From contig OX597825.1 in the NCBI GenBank assembly GCA_951406725.2, forward strand, positions 45,322,001 to 45,386,000: a DNA stretch of 64,000 bases, written 5' to 3'. How positions within the stretch are numbered: the stretch's first letter is position 1; the number at the start of each line of letters is the position of its first letter. A program made the translations under genes and the position numbers. The notes under the pieces are model-generated. The model was given only the letters and a program-made list of their open reading frames with translations. It did no database searches and was not told where the DNA came from. Shown piece by piece: positions 40,866 to 57,014 of this stretch. Origin of the DNA: Octopus vulgaris. Taxonomy: Eukaryota.

Positions 40866-41430
40866 ACAAAATGAGAAAATGGAGAAATACACCTTAATCA
40901 ATAATCAACTACCAGATAATACCCATTCACAAAATTTATTAACCAACTACATATGAACATCAAGGTCAAACATAAGAGTACAGAACAAAACAGTGCACAT
41001 CAATGAGTAATATGATACAATAAGTACAATATGTATGAATAAATATAAATAAATATAAATATAATGGCGGTGCCCCAGCATGGCCACAGCTTGTGAGCTG
41101 AAACTAGATAAAAATAAAAAAATAAATAAATATAAACTATATCTAACAGCTGTTTCAGCCATGTAGATATGAGTATCTCATTATGCTCACATTAGCCAGG
41201 TGTGATAAGTAATATGTGGTTATAAATGAGACACTTACAAATATATACCAAGGCCTCTTCAGAGATTATAAAGTACAATCCAAATATGAATATCAGAGAA
41301 GGTAAACCCATACAAGAATGAGTACATATACATAATATATAATATACACATACATATAATTGTATATGCACATGCACCTATATATATATACGTATATACA
41401 TAATAATATATAATAATATATATACATATA
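40866..41430 (-). repeat. Left arm of ~0.5 kb inverted repeat (hammerhead-bearing, Penelope pLTR/retrozyme-like)
   Basis: Near-perfect reverse complement of 47651-48138 apart from a SINE-tail insertion at ~41063-41122. Confidence 0.9.
41140..41268 (-). ncRNA. Type-I hammerhead ribozyme motif with extended stem II (cleavage triplet GUU)
   Basis: Minus: ATCT-CTGAAGA-GGCC..long stem..GGCT-GAAAC-AGCT-GTT-AGAT. Confidence 0.65.
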
Positions 41431-41547
41431 TATAAGGTTACAGTTAGTCAAATCAATATATTAGAATATTACAATATACAAACATACATATGCAAATGTA
41501 CATATACAAAGTCAAGAGTTCATTATATTAAGTTACAAAATGCCATT

Positions 41548-41549
41548 AA

Positions 41550-41580
<31 letters not shown>

Positions 41581-41652
41581 GTTATTATTATTATTATTAT
41601 TATTATTGTTATTATTATTATTATTATTGTTATTGTTATTATTATTATTATT
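41548..41652. repeat. (TTA)n microsatellite, left target of Tx1
   Basis: Direct reading. Confidence 0.95.
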
Positions 41653-41872
41653 CTTTCAAAGCGGATGGACGTATCTCCGGAAGCAGAGTAAGTTTTGTGC
41701 CAATTTGATTGGAAATTTGTTTATAAGTTGCAATATTTTTGAATATTTGTGTGGCCAAGCCGACTAACTTTTTACAGAGCTAGTTGGCTAGGCAAAATTT
41801 TACCCCTTTGGGGGTAAAATTACGTTTTGAAACATTTACTTTTGCATTTTGTCACATTGAACATTTCTCAAA

Positions 41873-43786
<1,914 letters not shown>

Positions 43787-43826
43787 AGCTTTTTTTTTTT
43801 TCCTTTTGTTTCCTTACTTTTGAAAC

Positions 43827-46800
43827 ATGGCAAATCTTAGAATCGGTTGCTTGAATGTGAGAGGCCTCGGGTCACCTTGGAAACAGGGTCACCTGTTAAA
43901 CGACCTGAGGTTTAATGATGTGGATGTAGCAGCCATCAGTGAAACCAGGCTCTCCGACCCACAGGAACTCGCAGCCTTTTTCGGCGGATACGAGATATTT
44001 CTATCTCCGTGTCGGCCGGGAGCGGGTGGTGGTGGTACTGCGGTGTTGTTTCGGAAGGGCCTGGACTTGAAAATAAGGACAGTCTTCTTGGATCCGGAAG
44101 GTAAGTTGGTGGTCCTCGACGTGGACGGTAGTGACGGCGATGCTTTCAGACAGCTGGCTGCCTACGCTCCGACAGGAGCAGGGCAGTCGGATTATTTCAA
44201 ACGTCTGGAAGTTTTCCTGGGAACATCACGCACTCTAGTGCTAGTTGGGGATTGGAACGCTGTCTTAGACGAACGTTTCGATCGGGTGGGCAGGGGAGCG
44301 TCTGATAGGAGAGGGGAGGGTGCAAGAGCCTCGCCAACCTACTCGGCCGCTTTCAGCTGTCCGACAGGTTTCGACTAGACAACCCGAATGTGCCAATGTG
44401 GACTTGGACCAATCACATCGGGTCGTCTAGATCGTACTTAGATAGAGTGTTTTGTAGGCCAGTGGATAAGGACAGCGTAGGGTGTCCACAATTCCACCTA
44501 GTCGACTATACGGACCACAAATTAATGATCTGTATGGTCGACTTAGATAGGCTACATAGACAGGGACCCGGCTACTGGAAGCTGAACGTGTCGTTAACGG
44601 CGTGCAAAGCTTACAGAGACCGGATTAGTTTACTAGTTAAGCGGGCGCTCATGGGGGCAATCATCAACAACAACTGGTGGTTTGCCCTCAAGAGAGCAAT
44701 TAGAGTAGAGTCGATTAGGTATAGTAAGACTCTAGCTATTGAACGTAGGAAGAGAGAGCGGGATTTAGTTAAGAAACTAGATGAGACTCTTGAAACTGGC
44801 ATCGCGACCGACGTGTTGGCGGCAAGGTTGGCCCTAGACCAACACTTCGACGCCAAACACGAAGGCTGCGTTGTCAGAGCTAAGGCACGTTCGCTAAGCG
44901 GGGAGGGGACTAGAGCCGCTCGATGGGCCCGCGTGGCGGAAGCGAAGCGAGGCAACAAAGCAACCATTCGGTCTTTGGTGGACCAGAACGGGCGCGAGGT
45001 TACTGAACCGAAGCAGATGTGTACGGTGCTTCAGCGGCACTTTGCTCAACTGTTTGGGACGAGCGGTGGAACAGAAAACGGTGCAGACTTCGGTGTGTAC
45101 CTGGACGGCCTACCGCAACTCTCGGACAGCGAGGCAGAGTGCTGCGAAGGACCGATATCTGCCTGGGAAGTGGAGGAAGCGATGAAGAGTTGCACGAGAG
45201 GTAGATCGCCGGGTTTGGATGGTCTGCCCTACAAGCTTTACGTTTCAATGCCAGACTTGTTTGCGGGCCTGTTGGCAAACGTCTACTGCAACTGGCAGCA
45301 AAACGGGAGAATTCCTGCTTTTGTCTGTCGAGGAGTAGTGGCTTTGCTGAAGAAGGACCCAAACAAGGGGGACGTTATAGGAAATTTTCGGCCCATCACT
45401 CTGCTCAATGCAGAGTTGAAGATTTTGGCCAAGGTGCTAGCCAAGAGATTGGCACTTGTCGTGGACAAGCTGGTCGGAAAGACGCAGACATGCGCCGTGC
45501 CGACCAGGTCGATACACGACAACCTCCATCTCATGCGCTACATCATAGAGAGGGTGGGTAACGACGCTGGTGCGGGTGGGGCTTTGATCAACTTAGATCA
45601 GAGTAAAGCCTTCGATAGGGTCGACCATCGAAGCAGCTGTTCTCAAGGCAGCCAGCTTCGGTCCAGTCTTCCGCGGGTGGATAGCTGCTTTATACAGCAA
45701 CATCTGCTCGGTGATACGGGTGAACGGTCACCTTTCGGAACCGTTCGACATCTCGCGTTCGGTCTGCCAAGGATGCCCTCTCTCCTCCCTCTTGTACATT
45801 TTGACTCTCGAGCCATTACTGCACAAGTTGGAGGCTTTGAGGGGTATCCTGCACGATCTAGGAGGCGGAAACAGCGTGTCTGCCTATGCCGATGACGTCA
45901 CCGTGATGGTGTCGAGCCACAGGCACATTGGCCTGATTGGTGAGACACTAAACCAGTACGAAGCGGTGACAGGGGCAAAGATTAACGTGGAAAAGTCTGT
46001 GGGCTTGCAACTGGGCACCTGGAGAGGCAAGCCCATGCCATCCAACAGCGTCGTAGGGCGCTGGACAGACGGACCCATTAAACTGCTCGGGGTCTGGTTC
46101 GGTCCGGACCTCCAGGTGGATAAAAACTGGGAAGAGGTGACGAGCAGGGTGGCACGTCTCACCTAGAAATGGGCCGAGAGGAAGCTGTCCCTGAAAGGTC
46201 AAGCGGAGGTGGCGAATGCATACATCGCATCCATCATCTATTACCACTTGACCGTCGTTCCTTGTCCCGACCGCTGGTTGGCCAAGCTGGTACGCCTGCT
46301 CTTCGACTTTTTGTGGAAGGGTCAGGTGCCACTGGTCAGGCGATCCATCTGCTGTCAACGACCGCTGAACGGAGGCCTTGGAATGCCGTGGTTGCTGATG
46401 CGCAGACATGCGCTCAGGCTGCGGCATCTCAAGCGTTTCCTAGACGGTGAACAGGTGTGGTCGTCTTTTGTCAGACGCGATTTTCCACAGCTCCTCTCTT
46501 TGACAGAGCTGCAGACCTGGATCAAACGTAGACCGAGAAAGGGCGCTTGGCACCTCGAGTGCCGTCAAGCTCTCTCCGCCCTCCGCCAGGCGGGCAATGC
46601 GATCGGTTACAGCTCCACTCTAGCGTTCTATAGAGGGTTAGTGGAGGAAAAATGCGACGACGTTCTCGGGGAAACTCTAGGCGTTGAAGATGACGAACTG
46701 AGCGGTCTGTTCGGAAGGACTTTCGAGCCGGGGCCGATGGATAATTTCCAGAGGTCGCTCGCCTGGCAGTGTATCTGAGGGGCTCTGCCTGTTCGAGATA

Positions 46801-47246
46801 AACTCTACCGGCACGGAAGTGCCGTCAGCCGGGCCTGCCCGAGGTGTTACTAGGACGACGAAACCGTTCTGCACGCACTCGTCCAGTGCCCGAGTATTGC
46901 TGAAATATGGGTTTATGTCGAACAGCTACTGTCACGTGTAGGACGGATCCGACTATCGGCCGAATCCATAGTGAAGATTGCCCCGCCGACCTCCTTTAAC
47001 AAGGAGGGTGAGGCCGTTTTCTTGTGCCTAGTGGCTGTGGCGAAAGAAGTTGTGTGGTGGACTCGTTTGAAAAGGCTAAAGTCAGACACTTTCCTCTTTG
47101 GTCAAGGCCTCATCAACTTTTTCAACTTGAAGAGGAAGATGAGGTTAGAGAGGAAAGTGCTGTCCGATAGCAAGTTTTATGAAAGGTGGGTGAATTGTGC
47201 GAGACTGGCCAGTATAAATGGACCAGTTCTCAGGTTTCGCCTGTGA
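43827..47246 (+). pseudogene. Tx1 ORF2 (APE endonuclease, reverse transcriptase, C-terminal zinc motif) with 2 frameshifts and 3 stops
   Basis: LNVRGL, SETR, GDWN, SYLDR, TDH, GPGYWKLN, SPGLDGL, FRPITLLN, DQSKAFDRV, QGCPLS, AYADD, CPRC..ETVLHALVQC. Confidence 0.9.
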
Positions 47247-47517
47247 TTTCAAAAGGGTAATATAAAAGGAGAAAAAAGGGACTCTCTACACCCCTTTTTT
47301 GACCAGGCTCCCATTGGCTTTTATAGGGTTTTTTTCCACCAGGAACCTTTCGTAACGCCTCCCCCTATTGGGAGTTTTTCATTGTTAATTTTTTAATTGT
47401 TATAAAGTTTTTACTCGGATTTTTCAAAAACGGACAAAACCCTTTGTAACCTTTCGTCCTGTTTTGTCCCTTTATGTAATCATGTATGTCAGCCCTTGTG
47501 GCCAATAAAAAGAATAA

Positions 47518-47553
<36 letters not shown>

Positions 47554-47650
47554 AATAATAACAATACCAGTAAAACAATATGTGCATTACGCCGTTCACA
47601 GTACATATTAGGTGGAAAAAATCCCATAGAATACATCAAGCTGTATGACT

Positions 47651-48135
47651 ATATGTATGTATATTATTATATATTATATATTATTATGTATATACGTATA
47701 TATATATAGGTGCATGTGCATATACAATTATATGTATGTATATATTATATATTATGTATATGTACTCATTCTTGTATGGGTGTACATTCTCTGATATTCA
47801 TATTTAGATTGTACTTTATAATCTCTGAAGAGCCCTTGGGATATATTTGTAAGTGTCTCATTTATAACCACATATTAACTTATCACACCTGGCTAATATG
47901 AGCATGAGATACTCATATCTACATGGCTGAAACAGCTGTAAGAGATAGTTTATATTTATATTTATTCATACATATTGTACTTATTGTATCATATTACTCA
48001 TTGATGTGCACTGTTTTGTTCTGTACTATTATGTTTGACCTTGATGTTCATATGTAGTTGGTTAATAAATTATGTGAATGGGTATTATCTGGTAGTTGAT
48101 TATTGATTAAGGTGTATTTCTCCATTTTCTTATTT

Positions 48136-48138
<3 letters not shown>
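47651..48138 (+). repeat. Right arm of inverted repeat
   Basis: Reverse complement of 40866-41430; ends against (TA)n. Confidence 0.9.
47819..47948 (+). ncRNA. Type-I hammerhead ribozyme motif with extended stem II (cleavage triplet GUA)
   Basis: CTGAAGA 47825-47831; GAAAC 47929-47933; AGCT loop; GTA 47938-47940; one mismatch near base of stem II. Confidence 0.65.
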
Positions 48139-48176
<38 letters not shown>

Positions 48177-48414
48177 TATATTTAATTTTTGTCATTCTTA
48201 TTCACACATTTACCTTTTTTTATATGCATATATATGTATATTTTTACTTTTATATACATATTTATATTTATTGCTTATCTTTTACATTCTTATATTTATA
48301 TATATTATTTATATTTAATTCTTATTTATATCTGCAAATCACATCTCATACTGTTTTATGTATGAATGAGCTCCTCCTTGTTGGACACCGGAATAATATT
48401 TAGTTACTTTATAG

Positions 48415-51030
48415 GGTGTTTGAGTGTCAGTTTGGTGTCTGGAATGGGATAGCTTACCTCATGGGCAGGTAGAAGCCCTTTAACCTTGGTTGGTAATCAA
48501 CCTAGAAGAAGAGAATCTCCGAAATAAAACCTGAGGCCTTAGAAGTTCCTGGTTTTATCAATTTTCATGCCACACCGGCGAAAGTCATCTTGCGCCAAGA
48601 GGTGGGGGTAATGCAGTGCTAGCTACACCCACTGAAAATTCTTCATCTGCACAGGTGCTTCCTGTACACCAAACCTTAATAAAATCATTGAATTAGTTGG
48701 CTGGTAGAAACCTAAAAATGCACTTGTAACTTACTCTAAAATGTCTCAAACAGATTTAGTAAATGACAAAAGAGGCTTGGGAATGTCAGGGGAACAGGTC
48801 TGGCTTGGTAAGTATCCCAGTGTATCACAGGCTGGGCCCAGCTGTCATCCTGTCACTGTGGTCAAACAATCTTCAAGAAAAAGTAAAAATAAACATCATT
48901 TGAATTTTGGCTGGTGGAATGTGCTCACACTTCCTGATGATAATTTCAACAAGAGGCCAGAAAGATGAACTGCACTTATTGCCTGTGAGCTTAAGAAATA
49001 TTCCCTTGATAAAGTTGCGCTCTCTGAAACTCATCTCTTTGGTGAGGGTCAAGTAAATGAACCTACTTATGGATATACTATCTTTTAGTGAGGCCTACCA
49101 AAAGGTCAATGTAGAGAATCTGGTATTGGGTTTGCTCTCAAGAATATATTAGTGTCCTCCATTGCAGAGCTTCCAAGTGGTATATCTAAACGGATCATGT
49201 CATACCGTATTAAACTGACAAAAAGTAGGTTTCTTACTGTTGTCAGTATTTATGCTCCAACAATGTCCCATTCTGATGAAACTGTAGGACAGTTTTTTGA
49301 TGATCTAGCATGATTATTGAGGAAAGTATCAATTTCTGACAAGCTGGTCATATTGGGAGATTTCAATGCAAGAGCTGGAAAGGACTATTTCATGGCCTGT
49401 TTTAGATCAACATGGGATTGGAAAATGTAATAAAAATGGAGTAGCTCTTTTAATGTTTTGTACTGAGAATAATCTGGTTGTCACCAACACTCCGTTTAAA
49501 CAGAAAAATGAATATAAAATCACCTGGATGCACCCAAGATCTAAGCACTGGCATCTCATAGATAATATTCTGATCAGAAAACAAGATATGAAAGATATTT
49601 CTAGCATTCAGGCCATGAGAGGGGCAGAGAGCTGGACTGACCATTATCTAGCATGTGGAAAAATAGATTTTTCGATAATGCCTAAAAAATCAATAGTCTG
49701 GTCCTAAGGTACCCAAAAAGTTAAATGTTGCAAACTTTAAATTATCAAGCAACTTGCAAAGATTCCATGATGCTATAGAAAGTATCAATTTTGACCCAAA
49801 CAATCTATGGGAAAATTTCAAAGCAAAAGTATTTCAAGCTGCAAGTTTGTCAGTGGGATTTAAATAACATAAGTCCAGTAACTGGTTCGCAGATAGATCA
49901 GCAGAAATTCATGATCTACTTTTAGAAAAACAAAACTAAGGCAATACACTTCTTTCCCAGTCCTTGAACCCCAACTTGAACCCTAAATTAAACAGGAATG
50001 GTGGAATGATAGAGCAAAAGGGGCACAAGAAGCAACTGATAGAAATGATGCCAAGGGTTTGTACTCTTATGTTAAGGAGGTATATGGCCCAAAATCTTCT
50101 TCGATAGCTCCAGTGAGAACAGCAAATGGACGTTTGATTCTGACTCACACCCCTTCTATTCATAAGCGTTGGGTAGAACATTTTTCTGCACTTTTGAATA
50201 GACCATCATCCGCTGACATGAGGATGATAGAAAAAATGGAACACCTTCCAGTTATAGAAGAGATGGCATTTGAACCAACTCTAAATGACATTTATTTAGC
50301 TGTGAATAAGCTGAATAACAAAGTCTCCAGAGTCTAATGGAATCTGTGCAGAAGTCTTGAAATATGGTGGTGACAAAACGTTTGAACTCTTAAATATATT
50401 AATTTGTCACTATTGGAGAACTGAGAAAGTGCCTCAAGACTGGATTAATGCCATTTTAGTCTCCTTGTATAAATCGGGGCCAAAAGGATCTATGTCGTAA
50501 TTTTCGTGGGATTTTGCTTTTGTCTTTGGTTGGAAAGGTACTTGCCTGCATTTTAGTTCTAAATATAGTGTCTGAGTCTCAGTGTGGTTTTCACTCCTCC
50601 AGGGGCACAGCTGATTGTATCTTTACTATCAGACAATTACAAGAAAAGTGCATTGAACAGAATCTTGTTCTATATCATTGCTTTGTTGATTTGAGCAAAG
50701 CATTTGATACTGTTAATCAAAATGCTCTGTGGCTAATTCTAAGGAAAACAGATTGCCCAGAAAAATTTGTAAACATTATCATGATATGAAAGCTAGAGTT
50801 AACTTTGGTGGTAGGCTCTCTGAATCTTTTGCCGTGGAAAATGGAGTAAAACGAGGAGAAATTGATGCACCCACTCTCCTTGCAATATACTTAGCTGTTG
50901 TGTTGTCACATGCTTTTCAAAATTCTGAGGAGGGTACTTACATAAAATATCGAACGACAGGGAATGTTTTAAATCTGACCAGTCTGATATTCAAAACAAA
51001 GGTTTTTACTTCACTCATTAGGGAAATTAC
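48415..51030 (+). mobile_element. RTE family B (BovB-like), 5'UTR-APE-RT, 3' truncated
   Basis: WNVLTL, ALSET, SIYAPT, LGDFNARAG, TWMHPRSKHWHLID, ESQCGF, FVDLSKAFDTV, GVKRG. Confidence 0.88.
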
Positions 51031-51199
51031 TTACTTACTTACTTACTCACATACATACATGCATACATACATGCATACATACATGCATGCATGCATGCAT
51101 GCTTGCTTGCTTGCATGCATGCATACATACATACATACATAAGTGTATGTATTTGTATACACTTATATCAAACGAAGCACCACCATTCTTTGTATAGGT

Positions 51200-52340
<1,141 letters not shown>

Positions 52341-52360
52341 TATTCATATATATATGTATA

Positions 52361-52440
52361 TACAGGGTGCAATGGGTAAATTGTTGCCATTTTATATTTT
52401 TAATTTTATGCATGCACATTGTTTGTTTTTGATTTTGTTG
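52361..52440 (+). mobile_element. Tc1/mariner-type terminal fragment
   Basis: TA + CAGGGTG.. start typical of Tc1/mariner TIRs; no partner found. Confidence 0.35.
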
Positions 52441-52549
52441 TTATAAATAATTATAACAAGGGCTTGGCTTGAGCCTCACCATGCACTGAAAAATAGACGT
52501 CAAGAGACACTATTACCACTATAAGTTCTCCAAGAGAACCACACTACAT

Positions 52550-55527
52550 AAAAGGCTAGCAAAAGAAAGAAAATGAATTCAAAACTTCGGTTAACAGCGT
52601 GCATAATCATTATTCAGGCTTAAAGTAATAAAAAACAATAGGTATGAATTCTACTTCACAGCATATAATGAAGAAAGCTGCTTATTAATTAGGTATGTAA
52701 AAGTCCTAAAAGAAGGCAATATTAAAAGCTTGACTGTTTGGAAATATTTTTATAAATTCATGTTCTAAGAAATTTTCTATAATTTCAATTTCTGAAGTTT
52801 ATTGAATTTTTCGACTCCAATTTCCAGCAAATTTAAATATTTGATGCATTCCCTGCATCCAATTCTTCATAAATTTAAATATTCATTGCATTCACTGCAT
52901 AATAGATTTTAATGTTTAATAATAAACAATATTAATTCATTGCAGGCAACATTTTACGTTTTTATTTGCAACAGTCTCTCATTCTCTCTTGCCTCTATTT
53001 TCATTATTGATAATTTAATAATAGCCATTGATATGAGGCACAATTTCAAGAATATTATCAGTTTCTGGAGTTTGTTAAATGAATATTTTTGATAAAATGA
53101 AAATTTTTTAATATACTAGTATAATTTTTACGTGATTTTGTGTTAAACGAATGCATGGTAATACACAAAATAGCTGTAAGAGGCACAATTTCAAGAATAT
53201 TATCAGTTTCCGGAGTTTGTTAAATGAATATATTTGACAAAATGAAAATTCTTTAAAATATGGGTATAATTCTTTTTTAAGTGAAGAAGTGATTTTGTTG
53301 TTATGGCATTTTGGAACGCTATAAGCCTTACAATAACAACTATGGGATCACTGCTATTTCTATCACGTTAAACAAGATAGTTTTTAACTATTTTCGCATT
53401 TCATATTTATATTCATTCAATGTTTGCAATATTCCCTCTCCCCCTCTCTGTCACACAAACACACTCATACTTTCTCTCTAATATAAATACACACACTCCA
53501 GGTTTGATTTCGTTATTACACAAATACCACATTTGAATTTTGCAATTCAACATGGGGTATCCCAAAAATATGCGACTGAAAGAGAAAATTTAACAGTGAA
53601 GGCACAACAGCAGAGAGAAAGACAGGCAACAGAATCAGATGAAGCGACTGAAAGAGATGTCTGAATATGCACGGAGGTATAGACATGATTTTGTTTCCAA
53701 TACACAAGACTGACTGGTTTGGGTATCTCAAGAGGAGAATATTCTACCTCAAAATAATGGTATCAGAACACAAATTGTTGATGCAACACTAAAAAGAGAT
53801 CATTTCTTTGCGATCATGTGGAAGTAGTGGAATTGACAACCAATCTAAGACTTCTTACAGAAGGTCATTCTGATGAAAGAGAGTTTGCTAATTACCTTCT
53901 TGATGTAGGAAATGGTAACATTTCTGCTGAACAAAACCTAGGTGAATTCAAAATCAAACTACCCAATGACCTTTGCATTGAAAGTGGTACTCTTTCAGAT
54001 ATATGTGATTTTGTATGTGCTGACCTCAAAAATAACTTCCAAACCCTGTGTGGCTTGCAAATAAAACCATTGTTACTCCAACAAATGAAGTAGCCCAATT
54101 TGTGAATGACTTTCTGTTGACCAGGATCTCTGGTGAGCTAAAACTAAACAGAAGCTCAGATACAGTTGATAATGAAACTCTGTACCCAATTGAGTTCATC
54201 GACAAACTTACACCATCAGGGTTTCCACTACACATTCTCAAACTGAAGAATAAAAAAAAGATACATAATGCTTCTTAGAAATTTAGATGTTACTAATGGA
54301 GATTGCAATGGCACACACTACATTATTGTCAGTTTATATGATCATGTTATTGAGGCTGAGGTTGCTTCTGGTCATTATGCAGAATCAACTCTATATTAGG
54401 TCATTTTAAATTTGAGTATATATGAAAAAGTAAGGAAATGCCATTCCCATGTGTTCTCACAGTACCAGACCTTTGTGTGTGTGTGTGTTTGTGTGTGTGT
54501 GTTTGTGTGTGTGTGTTTGTGTGTATCCATCCAGCCATCCATTTATCTATCTATCTATGCACTCCTATGTAAGTTCTACCAATTACTAATGATAAATATA
54601 TATAACAGATTGACTCAGCTATATATTTACATATAAATTTCTGTGAGGTTCATTAGTTAGTTAGTTACACCCTCCATAAAAGCCATATTATAGGTTTGAC
54701 TCTCTGAAAATTTTTTATAAATTCCTCTGTTAATATATATCAATAAAAAGGCACTTTTGAAGCATCTGTTAATATTTACTATCACAAATTTAGACATTTG
54801 TTGCCAAGCTTTACATTTACTGTAGAGGAGGTTTTAACATTTGATAAACGATATTAATATGTTCTGGCAAATTTTTTTCATTTTCATTTGCAACAGTCTC
54901 TCACTCTCTCTCTCTCTTTCTCTCCCTCTCTTTCTCTCCCTCTCTCCCCTCTCTCTCTCCCTCTCTCCCCTCTCTCTCTCCCGCCTCTAATTGTTTTCAT
55001 TAATAATAATCTACTTAATACATATTCATTGCAATTTTTTCATTTCAAGTTTTATTTCATTTTTTTCAGATGAGCAAATCAGGTATTTTGTTGACTTAAA
55101 TTCGCTTTGTAAATGCCCTCAGTTTATTGTTTATATGTACTGAAAATAAATTGTATTGGATAATTTATTAAAACTTACTGAGGCTTCAAACTCATGTGAC
55201 TTATTTCTTGTCATTATCTAAGAATTAGCAAGTGAATTTGTTGCGATAGCTATTTGATACGTTATAGGTATTAAATTATCTCTATGTGATCGCTGCTATT
55301 TCTTGGCACATTAAATGTAGTTGGGCTACCTTGATCTTTATTTTAAAAAAAGGGAGTATGACTATGATAATATAATGAAAGCAATATTTACTAAGCAAGT
55401 GAGCATTATAATACAAATAAATAATTAGACTTAAAATATCATAAAAATTATTAGAATTGAGAATCAAATGTGGAAATACTATCGAGTGGCTAGCAGAAAA
55501 CTACCCGAAGAGTGGTCTTTCTACTAG
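52550..55527 (+). mobile_element. Internally deleted Helitron with PIF1 helicase fragment (5' boundary uncertain)
   Basis: 53780-54390: FANYLLDVGNG, IVTPTNE, YPIEFIDKLTPSGFPLHILKLK, IMLLRNLD..CNGTHY; 3' hairpin then CTAG at 55524-55527. Confidence 0.75.
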
Positions 55528-55639
55528 CATATATATATATATGAAAATCTTTGTGAAAATTAATATAGTTTTTAAGTATACAGGGGATATTTTTTAAAAA
55601 TTATTTTTTTAAAAAGTTATAAAATCTTTTATCAGGATT

Positions 55640-56031
55640 CTAGCAGTATCACCCGGTGTTGCTTGGGTTTGTTTTGACCCTTTAGAATTGGAATTTTTGA
55701 AAAGTAAAAATTTTGCATTATGCAACTTGTTATTCTCTTCAAGTGAACATTTTTCCAGTTGAAATACACCGAAAAATGGTGACACAGCAGTCAAAAATCG
55801 TAAAAAATAAGGATTTTCATAGAAAAAAAAGCACCTTTTTGATGTAAATAATTTTTGGTGTTAACATGGTCCGATTTGAATTTTATCTTCTACAGAATGA
55901 AGAGCAAGCCTTCTTCTATCATACTCTCAATTTTGGTCAACTTGCGCTGCAGGGTCTCGAAGGAGATAGTGTTAGTTGAAGGCTACCAAACCTGCCACAC
56001 ACAGACAACTTCAGCTTTATATATACATAGA
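55640..56031 (-). mobile_element. Non-autonomous Helitron (~390 bp)
   Basis: Minus strand starts TCTATGTATATATAAAG, ends CCCAAGCAACACCGGGTGATACTG-CTAG (imperfect subterminal hairpin + CTAG). Confidence 0.7.
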
Positions 56032-56081
56032 TTTGCTACACACTACTTTCTATCCTTAATAATGAAACTTGGTAGATCCAA

Positions 56082-56724
56082 AAGTTAAACACACAGACAC
56101 ACAAGTTGAGTTTTATATATATAGATTTCTCAACGGGGATTTCAGGGGAGAGTTTCAGGGAGTCGCTGGCAATGTATCGTGATGATCAAAAATCTGGCCT
56201 GCTAAAATTTGGTTAAAGTGATTCAAACTGCAGACTCAAAGCAAAATGGTCACATTTAATTCAAAGCGTTAAAAATGTTATGAAAACAATTGGTATGTGT
56301 TCACAAAGTCCAAACGATTAATACGAAAAAGCCCTCCAGGCTACATCCCGAAAATTCATTTCTTTGCCGAATTTCTACAATGTTTACAGCGATTCGTTTT
56401 TATATCTTGATTTTTTATTTTTCATGCAATTTACGCATGCTTGCACGCATGGTGAACACAGTTCACGTCAAACAGCTGACTGAGTAAAGTTCATTATTCA
56501 ATGCATGGGATAAGGCGTAAACAAACACATTATTGATTTTTGCACTTGCAAGATGAATTTCGGAACAGGAATAGCGCAGTTCAATTTTCATTCACCTAAA
56601 CTTTAAGTGACCCATTTTTGGTGGTTCTACGATTTGTTGGCTAGGAGGAGATGTGCCGAGAAGTTAAACACACAGACACACACACAGATACACAAGTTAA
56701 GTTTTATATATATAGATTTCTCAA
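56082..56724 (-). mobile_element. Helitron-like segment bounded by ~55 bp direct repeats of a 5' terminus
   Basis: AAGTTAAACACACAGACAC..AAGTT.AGTTTTATATATATAGATTTCTCAA at 56082-56133 and 56661-56724. Confidence 0.5.
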
Positions 56725-57014
56725 ATATAGATTTGAATGAATTTAGTATGCCCAAAGATCAATTTTTGCTATCCATATGGAATTTTTTGTCAACTTGTCC
56801 TATTAATAAATAGCATGAGGTTTTTCATTTTAATTCAGAGTTTGTTTTCAGGAAGCTGTGTCACATTATTTTTGTTCCTGTTGAAGCACATGTAAGCAAG
56901 TTCAACAATGTATGATTTTTTACAGACAACATTCTTCATGATGTTTTAATCTGGTTTGCTGTATAATTCTGTTTAGTTGAAGAATAAATTGTTGCTGTCA
57001 ATTGAAAGCCTAAC

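Noticed and set aside
43800-47250. GC-rich island as contamination or horizontal bacterial DNA
   Set aside because: Fully explained by young LINE ORF2; likewise 61228-63058 by a young LTR element
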